DNA of 64,000 bases, from positions 104,942-168,941 of the forward strand of contig CAJFCJ010000009.1 in the NCBI GenBank assembly GCA_904063045.1, read 5' to 3'. Below, one piece after another: positions 23,301-38,300 of the stretch. The notes below the pieces were generated by a model. The model saw only the letters and a program-made list of their open reading frames with translations. It was not told the origin of the DNA and did not search any database. Each line of letters opens with the position of its first letter. The stretch's first letter is position 1. The translations under genes were made by a program, and so were the position numbers. This stretch comes from Dimorphilus gyrociliatus. Its lineage: Eukaryota; Animalia; Annelida.

Positions 23301-26300
23301 AAGGCTTTACCCAACACATTGTTGTAAGTTCCAGGAGCGCATGGTAGTGGTTGGCTCGATCCAATGGGGCAATAATGTCCTGTTGGACATTTGTCTCCAA
23401 TTCCTTTATGAGCTGTATCATTGGCGGGCGAAGGTGTGTCAACACCTCTTTCACAGAAATAACCAGCAGAACAGAGGCCGTTTGGAACATCTGATCCGGC
23501 TATTGAACAATGAGATCCACCAATACATTGGGTACATTCCGATTCTTTTGTTAATCCTGTAGTGTTACCGAAGGTTCCTGTTGGACAAGGTTGGAGATCT
23601 GCCCCTGTTCCTTCGGGACAGTAATATCCAGCTAGACAAATGTCTGCCCTATCTCTGTTCGTACAAGAATATCCGGCAGGGCAAATATAGCATTTCCAAG
23701 CGCCTGTATGATTCATAAACGTTCCGTTTTGACATGGCGTTGGATTTATTGAACCTTCTTCACAATAATGACCCTCTGGACAAATGTCACCTGTTACACC
23801 ATCAGTTGGTGAACTATTGTTAGCTCCTCTTGTGCAATAGTAACCTTTTGAACATAGATTAGTGTAGTTTGTCCTTCCAAAGCTATCGCAGAATTTTCCT
23901 TCGGGGCATTTCAAACAATCACTAATATCTTGAAGTCCTTCTTTATCTTGATAAGTACCTGGTGGACAAGGTTTAGATATATCAGTGCCATTAGGACAAT
24001 AGTGTCCAGGTTTGCAGATATCTCCATAAGATTTAGAAACGGGAGCCGGTTCAGGAGAATTAATACTGCAATAAAATCCGGCCCAGCATGGTCCAGTAGG
24101 TTCGGTTAAACCTGTTTGTGCGCAATAATGTCCAGGTGTGCAAAGTGTACATTCGGTTGAATTTGCGAGGCCCGTCTTATTACTGAATGTTCCTTTTGGA
24201 CAATTCTCGCCAGTTACGCTTCCAATTTCGCAATACATTCCAGGTTTACATATATTTCCTGTTGTTTCGTCGGTCGGCGTAGAGGTAGCTGCACCCAATG
24301 CACAGAAATATCTCTCAGAGCATTGAGCAGTCGGTTTAGTGTTGCCAAAACCACTACAATACATTCCTGGGTCACACTTAGTGCATAATGTTTCATTTGA
24401 TAAGCCTGTTTTATTTGAATATGATCCAGGTAGGCACGTGAATTCATTCTCATATTTTGTACCACTAGGGCAAACTGAACCGGGAGGACATATAGATGGT
24501 ACTGATACTCCTCTGTAAGATCTATAACGTCCACTAAAGTTTCCTGCACCCGTAACATTTGAGTCAAGAACTTCATAGTCTCCAAGCGATTTACAGTAAA
24601 AGCCAGCTGGACACGCTTCACAGAAAGAGCGACCCCAGTGGGCTTGGTAGGTGCCTGAAGGACATCCTGTTTCATTCCAGCTTCCAATTAGGCAGAAATG
24701 TCCTGGACTGCAAGAGAGATCAGTAGGTCGTCGGTTGTCTTGACCACCAGGACAGAAGTAGCCAGCATCACATAGTCCATTTGGTGCACTAAGGCCGTAG
24801 CCATCGCAATATCTTCCAGCAGTGCATGGTTCGCAATCGCTGATATTATGATTACCAACCCTTCCGGAATAAGTACCAGCGGGACATTTCACTTGAATAG
24901 GGCTTCCTTCGGGACAGTAGTGTCCTTCGGTACAACTGACAGGATCCTGAACAATAGAAGATTCATTGCAAAAGAATCCAACTTTACATAATCCTGATGG
25001 TTGTGAAAGAGCATAGTTTTGGCAATATTGGCCTGCAGGACAAGGTATTTGTGCATCAGATCCCTCTGGACAATAGTTTCCTGGTGTACACACTCCTCCT
25101 GTATCATTCAGCGAATATATCGGGCATGAACCATTATTGATGCTAAAAGCGTCTGTTGTGTTAACTTTTGGTACGGGTTTGTCAGAGAAAGCCCCTCGAC
25201 TGCAATACCATCCAGGTGCACAATTTCCACTGGGTTCAGCTCTTCCAGCACCGTTGCAGTACTTTCCAGGTGTGCATGGCAGGCAATCGTATGGGTCATC
25301 GGCTGTTGTTCTGTTGTTATAGGTACCCGGTGGACATTCATATTGGTAAGGAGCTCCAGTACCTGTTGGACAATATGCTCCTCTTGGGCAAGGAGTGTCT
25401 AAGTAGGTTGTAGAATTAGCTAAACAGTAGTAGCCAGCTTGACAAAGTCTACAGGATCTCTGCTGATTAATATCATTGTAAGTTCCTGCCGGACATCCTA
25501 AAGGATCTTTTGTTCCAGTTGGGCAGAAAGTACCTGGTGGACACACTCCTCCAAATCCTGTGTTGTTATTATTTGGACTTGCCGTATTAACACCAGATTG
25601 ACAGAAAAATCCTTCTGTGCAAGGGCCAGTTACATTACTTTGGCCTGGTGAATCGCAGAACATTCCTCCATCGCATTGTGTACACTCACTACTAGCCTTC
25701 AATCCTTCATTTGGACCATATGTGCCTTGTGGACAAGATTCCCAATTGAATCCAGTATTACCGGGGCAATATCTACCAACTGGACAAGCATTTGTATAGT
25801 TCTTATTCACACAATAGAATCTTGGCGGACAGACATCACATAATGCCGCTCCTGTGTGATTCATATACCATCCGTCATTGCATAGTATAGGAGCAGGCGA
25901 TCCTGTGGGACAATAAGCTCCTGTTGGACATATATCTCCTGTAACACCATCTGTTGGAGTTGGTCCTGAAGCTTTCCCAGTACAGAAATATCCTTCTGTA
26001 CAAGGACCAGTGTAGTTTGTTCGTCCTTGTGTATCACAATACATTCCAGGAGTACAATCGACACAGTCTGTCAGAGCTCCTCTTCCAGCTGTAGGTGAGA
26101 ATGTTCCAAGGGGACAAGCAATTGGCTGTCCTGTTCCAGTAGGACAATAGTATCCAGCTGGACACGTGTCACCGTATGTGAGGGAAAGAGGTGCAGGATT
26201 AATAGCTCGACTTGAACAGAAGTGACCAATGGTACAGTTTCCGGTTGGTTCAGTTAATCCTTCAGTTTGACAGAACATTCCTGGAGTACAGGATCTACAC

Positions 26301-29300
26301 TCTGTAACGTTTTCTAGGCCACGGTCATTGCTGAATGTTCCTGTTGGACATTTTATTCCTTGATCAGATCCCTTTGGACAATAATAACCAGGGCGACACT
26401 CGTAACCAGTTACCCCATCAACTGGTCTAGAGTTATTGGCGGCGGAAACGCAAACATATCCAGCATCGCAATCGTCTGTTGGTTCAATAATACCTGGAGT
26501 ATCACAGTATTTTCCTCCAGTGCAAGGAGAGCACTCTCCTTGAGTTGATAAGCCAGTTTTGTTACTAAAAGTTCCAATTGGGCATGGATATTCTGTTTTA
26601 CTCTTTGTGGAAAGAGGACAATAAGAACCAGCGATACATGTTGTTGGTGTTACAACTCCATGACTTGGAACACCATAGAATGCTGCAGCTTCGACTGGAT
26701 CGCAGTACCTGAGAAGAAAAGACTTTATAAACTGCTAATAATTCCTAATAAACTCTTACTTTTCGGCTGGACAGGGTTTGCATAGGCTCTGTGTTATCTC
26801 ATCTTGATAGCTACCCGCTTCACAAGGAACAGGTTGTTTTGTAGCACCAGGACAGTAATGTCCAATAGTGCAGTTATTTTCTGTAGCATTTCCAGCTACA
26901 GAGCCAGCAGGACAATAATATCCGGGAGAGCAAGGTGCAGTATAGTTAGTATTAGCTGTGCCTTGACAATAATAACCAGCAGTGCAGGGTTCGCAGTTTG
27001 TAACATTAACATTGCCCTCTGTATTCGACATAGTTCCCTCGGGACATGGAGTGGGAGACGCTGTTCCTTCTTCACAATAATATCCTATTGCAATTGAAAT
27101 ACATATTAGTATAAATCATTATCTTTAAGTTTTATAGTACCTGGAGGACATATTCTATGAGATGGTGATATCTCGGTTGCATTCTTTTCACAATAGTACC
27201 CTATAAAATATAACTTAAAGAAATGTATATTATTGCATTGTTCATCTTACCAGCTGAGCAAGGTCCTGATGGTGTAGCAAGGCCAAAATGAGCACAAAAT
27301 TTACCACCATCGCAATCAACTGGATAATGGCTTCCTTCTGGACAGTAGGTTCCTGGCCAACATCTTCCTCCGGTATAGTTCGCCTTCAAATAGTATGATT
27401 ATTAGAAGGAAACTTAATAAATATCAATAAAAATAATACCGTTGGGCAACTACACGATGATAATAGTGTAACATTGTTGTAAGGAACGGGTTTATTTTGG
27501 TAAGATCCACCACTGCAGTAATAGCCTTCTGTGCAATTTCCAGTTGGAGCAGATAGACCTTCGACTATTAAAGAAAATAAAACATTAGCAATGTGAAGTG
27601 AATGATTGAAGAGTAAATAAACCTTCGCAATATTTTCCTGGTGGGCATGGTAAACAATCAGATTCAACTTCTCGACTTTCAACTGGATTGTATGTTCCTT
27701 TGGGACATGGAAACTCGAAAGCATGTCTAGTTCCTTGTTGACAATAGTATCCAGATGGACATATTTGATGGGTGTATGTCGTGGAATTCTTCAGACAATA
27801 ATATCTAGCTGGACATGCAGTGCACACAGAATTTCCTAAAGAATCACTGTAAGAGCCTGGCGCACAGGGTACTGGTAATGGTGATGCTTCTGGACAATAG
27901 GAACCAAGAAGGCATTGTCCACCATCTCCCAAGTGACCTCCATTTGGTGTTTGTGTATTAACTCCTAAAATATTAAGGCAGTTTTAAAGAAAAAGAAGCT
28001 TAAAAAAGTTGTAAACATACCCGATCTACAATAGTATCCTGCTGAGCAATTACCCGAAACTTTACTAAGACCTGGATTCAGGCAATAATGACCACCTTCA
28101 CATGGTAAACATTCATTTTTATGTTGAAGGCCTACAGTTGGATTGTATGTTCCTGCAGGACATGGTTCTGGATCTGATCCCGTGGCTGGAGGACAATAGT
28201 GACCTGTTGGACAAGGATCAGCTCTATCCCTTCTATCACAGTAAAATCCAGCAGGGCATTCATAGCAGGCTGAGGATCCACTGTGGTTAGTAAATGTTCC
28301 ATTTGGACAGTAAACGTGATTTGGTGATCCTAGAGGACAATATGAACCAGGTGGACATATATCGCCTGTCAAACCGTCTCTTGGTGCTGACACAGATGAT
28401 TTTAGCATACAATAAAATCCAGGATCACAATCACCGCTAACGGTAGATAATCCAGTGTCGTTACAGTATTTACCTGGATCACAAGCTAAGCACGAGGAAA
28501 TATTTGTCGATTTAGGATGAGGATTGTAAGTTCCAGCTGGACAGAGAATCGGCATATAGCTGTGAATTGGACAGTATGAACCAGGAGGACATTCAACTGG
28601 ATTTTCTTCTTGAGATCTGTTTGAACAGAAGTACCCAGCTAAGCAAGAGCCATTTGGTGCCGTTAATCCTGAATGAGAGCAGAATTCACCAGGTGGACAC
28701 CAAACGCAGTCATTTTCTGATGGAAGTTTATCTCTATCTCCGTATGTTCCTTTAGGACAAGGAATAGGATAACCAGATCCTTCTTGGCAATATGTTCCTT
28801 GAGGACAAGGTCCTCCTCTTACTGAGAGAGCAGGAGTTGGAGTAGTTGCACCCAAAACGCAGTAATATCCTGCAGAACATTTTCCTGTTGGAGTTGTGAT
28901 ATTTTCTGTTTCACAATAATGGCCTTGTGGGCACAGTCTGCACTCTGTTATATTTTCTAAACCTGTTGTATTACTGTATGTTCCTACTGGGCAAGGGAAT
29001 TGCCTGGCTGATTGAGTACCAGATGGACAATAGAAGCCTTCTAAGCATTCCCTTGCTATGACAACACCATGAGATGTTGCATTCACGCCGCTTTGCTTCT
29101 CTTCAATAGCTTCTGTTCTATCACAGTACTTTCCTGGTGGACATGGAAGACAGTCTCCTTTTTCTGGAAGAGGTTGATATGTTCCAGATTCACATGGGGT
29201 TTGCGATGGACTGCCTTGTGGACATTCATGGCCGGGCAAGCAACGGTTTCCTGGAGGTTGAGCTACAGTCATAGATGGTGGACAAAACCAGCCTTCATCA

Positions 29301-32300
29301 CATGGTCCATTTGGTAAATCACGACCATAGCCCGAGCAATATTTTCCAGCTGTGCATGGTTCGCAATTGGTAGCGTTTTGATTTGCAAATCTATCACTGA
29401 AAGTTCCTGGTTCACAGGCGATTGGGTAACTACTTCCTGTTGGACAGTAATGGCCTTTAGGACATATATCTCCAGTTGTTTCATTTACTGGATTCTTTAA
29501 AATTGTTGTTCCATTGCAATAATAACCACCCAGGCAAACACCACTTACAGCAGATAATAGATCAGACTGGCAATAACTTCCAGGAGTGCATGGAATAGGT
29601 GCTAATGATCCTTCTGGGCAATAATAACCTGCAGTACATTTTCCTCCAATTGATTGTGCAGGACAATTACATGATAATCCAGTATCATTTCCAAGTTCTG
29701 TTGGTTCCTTCATGAAAGAGCCGAGTTTACAATACCAACCAGGTGAGCACTTTCCAGCGGGTTCTTCCATTCCTTTATAAGGGCAATAGTACCCTGGTGT
29801 ACACATTTGACACGCATTGATATCCATACCGGTGGTTTTGTTGTTAAATGTTCCGTTGTTGCAAGGGAATTGACTAGCAAATTGAGTCTTTTCTGGGCAA
29901 AAGTGTCCCTTAGGACATACTGTTGTTTTATTCGCTCCTTCTTCACAATAATAGCCAGGGGGACAAACTGTACAATTAGACTGTGCCCATAGTGTTGTAA
30001 ATGATCCAGCGGGGCATTTAGTGGGTCTGCTTGAACCTTCCTCACAAAAGAATCCGGGAGCACAAGGACCACCTGCAGAATATTCTACGCTTGGTCTAGA
30101 TGAATTAGAACCCAATTGACAATAAAATCCTGGTTCGCATAAACCACTTGGATATTCTAGACCAGGTGTTTCGCAGTGATAACCTTCTAGACATTGTTGA
30201 CACTCTGCTTCTGATGTAATACTAGTTTTATTGTTGAAAGTACCAGGTGGACAGGCCTTAGGTTGTCCAGTTTGTTGCGGACAGTAGTGACCTAGTGGAC
30301 AAATGTTTGCATCTCCTTTCGTTAGTCCGGATGGAATTTGGGAGTCAGAGCCGCTTTTACAGAAGAAACCAGCATCACAGGGTCCTGAAGGGGCTGTGAG
30401 ATTTACGTTGCTACAGTAGAAGCCGGGAGTACATTGTGTACATTGAGTATCATTTGCCAGACCAACGTCATTACTGAAAGTTCCAGATGGACATCCTTGC
30501 CAATTATAGCCAGTACCGATTGGACAATAATATCCGGGTGGACAATCTTGGGGATTAGATCCAGTTGTACAGTATTTTCCAGCTGGACAAACAAGACACT
30601 CAGCATTGATTTCTGTGTTTGTGTAGAAACCTGGTGGACAAAGTTTTGGTTCGCCTGTTCCAGTTGGACAGTAATGACCAATTGGACACTTATTTCCTGT
30701 GATACCATCCGTTGGAGTTGCAACGGAAGCATTTCGTGAGCAGTAATATCCTGCAGTACAGTTTCCAGATGGTCCAGTTTTTCCAGTTCCAGCACAGTAG
30801 GTACCTGGATCGCAGCCTGTGCATTCTTGTACAGATTTTAAGCCAGTAGATGTCGTATAATATCCTTCGGGGCATGGACTTACATTTCCAGATCCTTCTG
30901 GACAATAATTTCCAGGTTGACAGATATTTCCTGTTGTACCATCAACTGGATTTGGTAGAGATGATCCTAATGTACAGAAATATCCGGCTTGGCAAGGTCC
31001 AGTCGGTTCTGTAAGCCCGTCTATAGCACAATAGCTTCCAGGTGAGCAAGGACTACATTCTGCACTTGCTTTTAGATGTGTTACATTGCTAAAAGAACCA
31101 TTTGGACAGAGATATTCTTTAGAGTGCTTAGTTCCTGCAATACAGAAGCTACCAGGTGGACATGGAGTAGGATTTTGAACGCCGTGACTACAGAAGCTAT
31201 CATTTTGTAAAGTTCCGTCGCAGTAAAAGCCCTCCAAGCAAGTTTTACAGACACCTTGTGCTGGCATGTCTTGATACGTTCCAGGAGCACAGTCAATTTC
31301 TTTGGCAGAACCTTGTGGGCAATAATGACCTGGACTGCAAGGATAGCGAGCTGGATTAGATGTGTTTTGGCCTTCTGGACAGAAATATCCTGCATCACAA
31401 GGACCGGAAGGTTCTTCCAATCCATAAGAGCCACAATATGAACCTAAAATATGCAATATTTATAATATTTAAGTTGATATGAAGTTCAAGAGAATTTTAC
31501 CTGGTGTACAAAGTAAACAGTCACTTTCGGCCTGATAGCCTGTGACATTTCCAAAAGTGCTTGGTGGACACTTAATAGGTTGTCCACTACCTGACGGACA
31601 ATAATGTCCTTTAGGACAGATTCCTCCTGTGGAATTATCTATTGGATCTGGTCTTATAGCTGCTCTTAAGCAGTAATATCCTGGTGAACATGGACCAGCA
31701 ACGGCAGCAAGTTCGGGTTGGTCACAATAAGAACCTGCAGAACAATCTAATGGTTGGCTCGAGCCTCTTGGACAGAATTGACCAGGCATACACTTTCCAC
31801 CTGTGCCATTAATTGAGCATATGCATGTATCCATATTAACCGTTACATTAGCATAATCCGCTGGTTTTTCTGCCCAAGCACCTCTTGAGCAATACCAGCC
31901 CTCAGCACAATCGTTCGTTGGATTAGTTAAACCTATGAAATTAAAATTTCTTGAGATATCTTTCTTTGGTAAAACAACAACTTGTTGTTGCACTGAGCCT
32001 TACCTGTTGTATGACAATATTTTCCTGGGCTGCAAGGTTTACAGTCAGCTTCAGTTGCTTTGCCTGTAACATCATTATAATGGCCGATTGGACAGGGATA
32101 GTCTGTTGAAGCTTTAGTTCCGATAGGACAGTAATGACCAGTTGGACAAGGTGTTCCTGAAAAACTGGTGGAGTTTTCTGGACAATAATAACCAGCAGGG
32201 CATGGAGTACAGGAATCCTCTCCTGTATTCGGATTATAGGTACCAGAAGGACAACCAATCGGATATGATGTTCCATTTAGACAGTAATAACCTGCTGGAC

Positions 32301-35300
32301 ATGGGCCACTTGTAGCATCTAAAGTAGGATTATTTGGAGCGCTTGCTCCTCTTAAGCAGTAAAATCCAGCCCAACATAACCCTGATGGTTCAGCTAAACC
32401 TTCTTTATCGCAGAAGTGTCCGAATGAGCATTTAGTGCACTCAGTGGAAGTTTGAAGGCGAGTTTTGTTGCTAAACGTTCCGATTGGACATCGCTGTGGG
32501 TTAGTTGTTCCAAATGGGCAATAATGTCCTTGAGGACATTCTCCCGATATTCCTTTGCTTCCAACACCAGGTGAATCTGAATCGGATCCTGATGTGCAAT
32601 AGTATCCAGCATTACACTGCCCTGTTACTGCTGTTGAATTCAAAATAGAGCAGTAATATCCTCCAGTACATTGCGTACATTCAGTTTCGTTAGAGAGTCC
32701 AAGGGTATTGCTAAATGTTCCTGTGGGACATGGCTGCCAAACAATTCCAGTTCCTTCTGGACAATAATAACCTGCAGGGCATTTTTCTGGATCACCACCG
32801 GAAACACAGTAATGTCCTGGTGTACAAGTTAAACATGCCTCGGCGCCTGTATTAGTCATGTAAGTGCCGTGAGCGCAAGGTATTGGGACAGCAGTTCCTT
32901 CTGGACAATACGTCTTGATGGGGCATGGAGCTCCAGTAATTCCACCATCATCAGGAGTAGGTGTGGAAGAATTTTGTGAACAATAGAACCTAGGTGAACA
33001 TAATCCAGAAGGTTCAGACAGACCAGTTCCGTTACAATATAGGCCACCAGGACAATCTTGGCATTCACTAATCTCTTTCAAGCCAGTACTGTTTGACCAG
33101 CTGCCCAACCGACAGGGTAACGGTAAAGGTGTTCCTTGAGGGCAGAAATGTCCTGTTATACATGGACTTCCAGTTACTCCATCCATTGGTGTTTTCGTTG
33201 CTGAACCACCAATACACCAGAAGCCTGCATCGCATGATCCCGTGATTGCTTTCTGACCAACTGAAGAGCAATATTTTCCAGCATTACATTTTGTGCATTG
33301 GTCTTCTTTTTCTAATTTTGTGTAGGGATTGTAAGTTCCAATCGGGCAACCATATTGAGTATTCCATTTTGTACCATTAGGACAGAAGTATCCGCTAGGA
33401 CATGGATAAAGTGTGTAGTTTGTTAATGGAGCATCATTTATATTACAGTAGTGACCAGCAACACACTCTTTGCAACTTCCCTGTCCACTTTCGTCTTGAT
33501 ATGTGCCGGAAGGACAAGCAGTCATATTAAAGCTACCTTCTTCACAATAATACCCAGGTTCGCATGGAAATGCTGTACTTGAATTCTGTCCTGGAGGACA
33601 ATAATAACCTTCCGCACAGGGACCTGTTGGAGTTGTCAGACCTGGTTGTTGACAGTAAAATCCTTCCGTACAAGGTGTACATTCAATAGCAGATGCTAGT
33701 CCTGTTCTGTTTGAGAATGTTCCGGATGGGCAGCGTGGTTGCTCTTTAGTAGAACCCAGAGGACAATAGCGACCTGGTGGACAAATATTTCCAGTTATTC
33801 CATCGGTTGGTGTCTTGGAAGATGAACGCCTGTCGCAATAGTATCTGGGATCACATTGACCAGAAACAGCATCCAAGCCGGGCAGTTCACAATAGTGGCC
33901 TTCTGTACATGCTACTGGTTCTCTAGATCCTCTTGGACAGTAATCACCAGGCTGACACCGTCCACCGGTCACATTTTTCGGGCATAAACAATCTCCTGAT
34001 GTATAATTGACAAAATCTTCTGGATTTGATTTCCATGCTGCTCTAATACAGTAGAATCCTGGGTCACATTCATCTTCTGGAAGAATTCGCCCTTGAGATC
34101 CACAATACCATCCTCCTGGACAAGGATAGCAATCACTTAAACTAACACCTTGTGTTGCATTTCTGTAATATCCTTTAGGACATGGGTATTGATCATGATA
34201 TTTTGTTCCTGCTGGACAATACATTCCAACAGGGCAAGGGAAAGTTTCGTAAGAAGTTGTATTCTCTGGGCAGAAATAACCTTCGACGCATTCCGTACAA
34301 TTCCATTGACCAGTTAAATTATTATACGTTCCTGGAGGACATCCTAAAGGATGAGAAGTTCCTTCAGAACAATAATGAGCTTTCGGACATGGTCCTCCAA
34401 CATCCGGGAAATCACCTATAATAGATTATATAATTAACAATGATTTTATAAGTAAAAAATACAGTGCAAACCTGTCGGATTTGGTACGTTGTTTCCTCTT
34501 AAGCTAAAGATAAAAATTATTAATTAAAACCTGAATACTTAAGAATATTATAAAAAAATTCTAACCAATAAAAGCCTTTTGAACAAGGACCAGTTGCATC
34601 TGTCAAGTTGGTAGAGCCACAGTATTGTCCAAGTTTACAACCTAAGCAATCTGATAGTTTTTCAGCTATTTACAAAAAAAAGCGATATATTATTCATCAC
34701 AAAGAGATCATTTGATTCCCACTAACCTCCTTGTGTGTCTCTGTAGGTACCATTCGGACATGGAATTGGATCTTCCGTTTGAACTGGACAATAATAGCCC
34801 GGAGGGCACGGACCACCAATACCGCTACTGATTCCAGGTAAAGGTCGACTTACGTTTACCCCTTTAAAGCAAAGAGAAATACATAAATATCATTAGATAA
34901 GGAAAAACTTCACAAAAATCCTGCCTATTAAACAACTAGAGAAAAGTTTAATTTAAGGAATATGCTTACCTTCTTTACAATAGAAACCTGCTTCACATTT
35001 TCCAGTTCCAGTATCGTTTAAGCTGAAGTCGAAATTAATTGCCCCTAGTGCTTCACAATAGAATCCGCCTAGACAAGGTTTACAATCGGAAACGTCTACC
35101 ATGCCCAATTGGGGATTGAATGTTCCACGTGGACATAATGGTTGAGCTATAGTTGTGTTACCAGGACAATATCTTCCTTTGGAGCACTTCAAAGGAATTT
35201 CACCATCTGTACAATAGAAACCAGGAGGGCAATCCATACAATAATCATAGCCCGTCATATTTTGGAACATTCCAGGAGGACATCTCAAAGGCTCTCCTGT

Positions 35301-38300
35301 GCCTTTAGGGCAGAAATGGCCAACGGGACAAAGATCTCCTGTTGCACCACCATCTCTTGGTCGGCTTGTTTTTGCTCCTCCTCTGCAAAAGTATCCAGCA
35401 TCGCAATAGCCATTGGGTTCGGTAAGGCCACCTCCAGCGCATACTCTACCAGGATCGCATAAGGTACAATTATCAGCATCTTGGTTTCCAGTTTGATTAC
35501 TATAGGTTCCGTTTGCGCAAGGAAAGATGTTATAGTCAGGTGTTCCTTCAGGACAGTAAAAACCAGGCTTACACAGGCCTCCATAAGATTGTTCAATTGG
35601 ATGAGAATCATTTGAACCACTGTTGCAATAATACCCTGGCGCACACTTAGTGTTTGGTAATGCCAAACCTACACTTTCACATGCTTCACCCTCAATGCAA
35701 GGGTCACAATGAGATATTTCATATTTGCCTATATCATTTAGGTAAGTACCCCTGTTACAGGGCGTTGGTACTGTACTTCCTTGAGGACAGTAGTAACCCT
35801 TGGGACATATAACGGGATCAATAGTTCCAGTTGTATTACAGTAGTAGCCTTGTAAACATAAGAGACACTCGGAAGATCTACTGGCTGGTTGATATCTTCC
35901 TCTTGGGCAGGGTTCTTGTTTAAATGCTCCCTCTTTTGAATAATGACCTGGTTGAGTTTCGTGTTGAGTGGGCTTATCAGCTCCTCCTGTGCAATAATAG
36001 CCAGCAGCGCATGGTCTAGTAGCATCTGCGCTGGAACTTCCGGCACAAAAGAAACCGGGATCGCATAGTACACAGTCGTATTTGGTCTTGGCTCCTTTAG
36101 AGGCGGCGTAATACCCAGGTACGCAAGGACTTGGTACAGCTGATCCCGCTGGGCAATAGCCACCAGTAGGGCAAACTCCTCCAGTAAGGCCATCTGGAGG
36201 TGCTGATGTATACGCCTTTTCTCTGCAGAAGAAACCTGCATCACAAACGTCAGTCGGCTTCGTCCGTCCTATTCCATCGCAATAGTATCCTCCAGGGCAT
36301 GGGGTACAGTCAGTTGATCGTCGTAAATTAGTTGAGTTGCTATATGTGCCGAGAGGACATGGCTGAGGTATTGTACTTCCTGCTACACAGAAATAACCGG
36401 CAGGACATTCTTTTGGTAGTGCAAGGCCCTCTTCATCGCAATAAAATCCAGAGATACATTCCGCACAATCTTGAAAGCTTTCCTTTGCAGATCCGTTTCG
36501 GTAAAATCCTGCTGGACAAGGGAAAGTCTCCGGGTCTGCTGTTCCCCTTGGACAATAGTGACCGCCAGGGCATGGTCCAGCGGGCTTTTCTAAGCCTTCC
36601 GGAATACAAAAGTATCCTGGCGTACAAGGTTCACATTGCGATACTTGTTTCAAACCGTATTCGCTATTAAACGTTCCATTCGGGCAAGGAATTGGACAAG
36701 GGTTAATATCACCTCGGGGACAGTATCGCCCTTTAGGACATTTATTACTGGGCAAATCGGGAGCTTTATCCGAACCTTCGGGACAATACAAACCGGCGGG
36801 ACAAATTAAACTGTTCCACATTGTATCCCAACTTGTTGCGTCTTGATTACAATAGCGACCTTCGCGGCATGTTGAACAAGCAGGAGCCCCTTTGTCAGAG
36901 TAATTACCTTTTCCGCATGGAATTGGATTCACATTAGCTTCTCCGGGACAGTAATAGCCAGCAGTGCAGGGTAGACAAGCCGATAAATTTTTGCCTTCTT
37001 CAAATTCGTTAAAAGAACCAGACGGGCATGGGGTTGGTAAATCCGACCCCTTCGGACAATAGTGGCCTTTAGGGCAATCCTCGCATTGTTCCCACCTTTC
37101 ATTTCCAGTATTGTTACTAAATGATCCTGCGTGACATGGGTTTGAATTGCCCAAGGGCGTGCCTTGAGGACACCAATGGCCAACAAAGCAGACACCCGTT
37201 GGTCTTGTTGACCCTTGTAAGCAGTACCATCCTCTTGGACACACTTCACACTGATTCTGATTATCTAAGTTTGTCTTATTAGTGAAAGATCCTGCTGAAC
37301 ATGGGAACTGATTCGCAGCTTGCGTTCCTTCAGGACAATAATGTCCTGCAGAACAAGCTCTTGGTGGCTTTTGAACACCTCCCGTTCCTATGGGGCAAGC
37401 GAATGACTTTGGACATTTTGAGCATTGTTCAACGGCTGTCAAATTCTTGAAGTCAGTGTAAGTACCAGCTGGACAAGCATATTCGGTTTGATTAGGTCTT
37501 GAATTTCCGGACGGACAATAGTAGCCAGCTGAACAGCGGTGATCAGGTTCGGTCAATCCATATTGTGTGCAAGCCCACCCAGAAGTGCAAGGAGAGCAAT
37601 CGGCTTTAAGCATGTTACCAGGAGTATTACTGAAAAATCCTGGTTCACATTGAACTGGAGTACCAGTTCCTGAAGCACACCAAGATCCAGCAGGGCAGGT
37701 CCTACAACTATCCAATTCTGTTGCTCCTTCATCTTCTGTGAATTTTCCTGCAGGGCAAGCTATCATAGTGGTCGTTGCTCTTGGACAATAATGTCCCCTT
37801 CTACAAATACAGGCTTTACAGTGAGGATCAGAGGTTCCAGCATCACAAAATCTAAAAAAATATCAATGATAGTTTAATGTTGAATGGTGAACAGAAGTAA
37901 AGCTAACCTTCCTGCTGGACAATCAACACATTCAGCAACTGCAGCAGCGCCAAGCTTAGCATTATATTTTCCAACAGGACACGGACGTTGTTTATAATCC
38001 CCAGTTCCAAGAGAACAATAATGTCCCAATGGACATAGTAAATTGTTTCCCGGTAGTCCATCAGTGGCTGGAGGACAATAGTAACCTAGTGGACAATCAG
38101 CACAACCAGTGGCTTCGTCTACAGCCCCTTCTATAGTTCCATATTTACCAGAAGGACATGGAATTTTTGTCTTTCCATCAGTACAATAATAACCACGAGG
38201 ACATTTACCAGATGAAGGATTTTTTGCCGTTGATCCTTCAGGACAAGCAAATCCTGCTTCACAGTCTTGACAGGCCGTTTGAGCTGTAGCGTCTGTATAT

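Noticed and set aside
19600-36000. Periodic DNA similarity that might suggest a CRISPR array or satellite
   Set aside because: The periodicity is at protein level with degenerate codons; there are no identical direct repeats with spacers, and the DNA is eukaryotic.
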